From positions 1 through 50,705 of the forward strand of contig CAVQBA010000003.1 in assembly GCA_963710605.1 (NCBI GenBank): DNA of 50,705 nucleotides, read 5' to 3'. The notes beneath the pieces are model-generated. The model did no database searches. It was not told the origin of the DNA and saw nothing but the letters and a program-made list of their open reading frames with translations. The DNA is from an uncultured cyanobacterium (GTDB taxonomy: Bacteria > Cyanobacteriota > Cyanobacteriia > Cyanobacteriales > Cyanobacteriaceae). Positions 50,529-50,705 of this stretch are shown here, one piece after another (within the stretch, counting starts at the first letter, position 1; each line of letters starts with the position of its first letter). Both the position numbers and the translations under genes were made by a program.

Positions 50529-50624
50529 ATCGATCGAAATAGAAGAATAAATAGTTAAAATTGATTAAAAACGGATCTAAATTAATTTGATTATTAATTA
50601 TGGGAGACGTCTATTAGATACAGT

Positions 50625-50705
50625 TCGATTTTTATGGGTTTGTCTTGGTATCATGTCGAAAAAATAGCTAAAGATACTCCTTTTGAAATCATTAAAAGCA
50701 AGGGC
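50625..50705 (+). pseudogene. Displaced, diverged copy of the 3' part of the transglutaminase-like gene (runs off the window)
   Basis: Aligns with 49256-49334; reads MGLSWYHVE(K)IAKDTPFEIIKSKG versus MGLSWYHVEMAKDTAFETIQSKG, with a 1-nt deletion and a 3-nt insertion. Confidence 0.9.

Overview
AT-rich chromosomal window of a unicellular cyanobacterium (Geminocystis/Cyanobacterium-like by inference from composition, a relaxed CGATCG-core HIP1 signal, STRR tandem repeats, a class C flavodiiron gene and the tRNA-Leu(UAA) group I intron). The backbone is housekeeping: tyrS, recG, flv1-type, prfA, yqeY-like, leuB, gyrA, sufCD, ureD, S9/M61/M48 peptidases, ABC and MFS transporters, three AIM24 paralogues and a transglutaminase-like gene. 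prfA and leuB each carry a 1-nt frameshift, probably assembly errors. Small accessory blocks sit between these genes: immunity-like ORFs each followed by a REP-like repeat, a DinJ-YafQ pair, an ISAzo13 relic beside a GC-rich hydrolase, a dynamin-tail-like/membrane protein pair, a PEP-CTERM gene, and stubs of Fic and Phd/YefM genes. The most notable signal is absent from the ORF track. Twice (M61 peptidase, transglutaminase-like gene), accessory cargo lies between an intact gene and a dead, synonymously diverged second copy of that gene's own 3' end, with no integrase nearby. This points to a recurrent 'tail-swap' route of gene acquisition. No CRISPR array or rRNA was seen. Family assignments are from motif recognition by eye; no searches were run.
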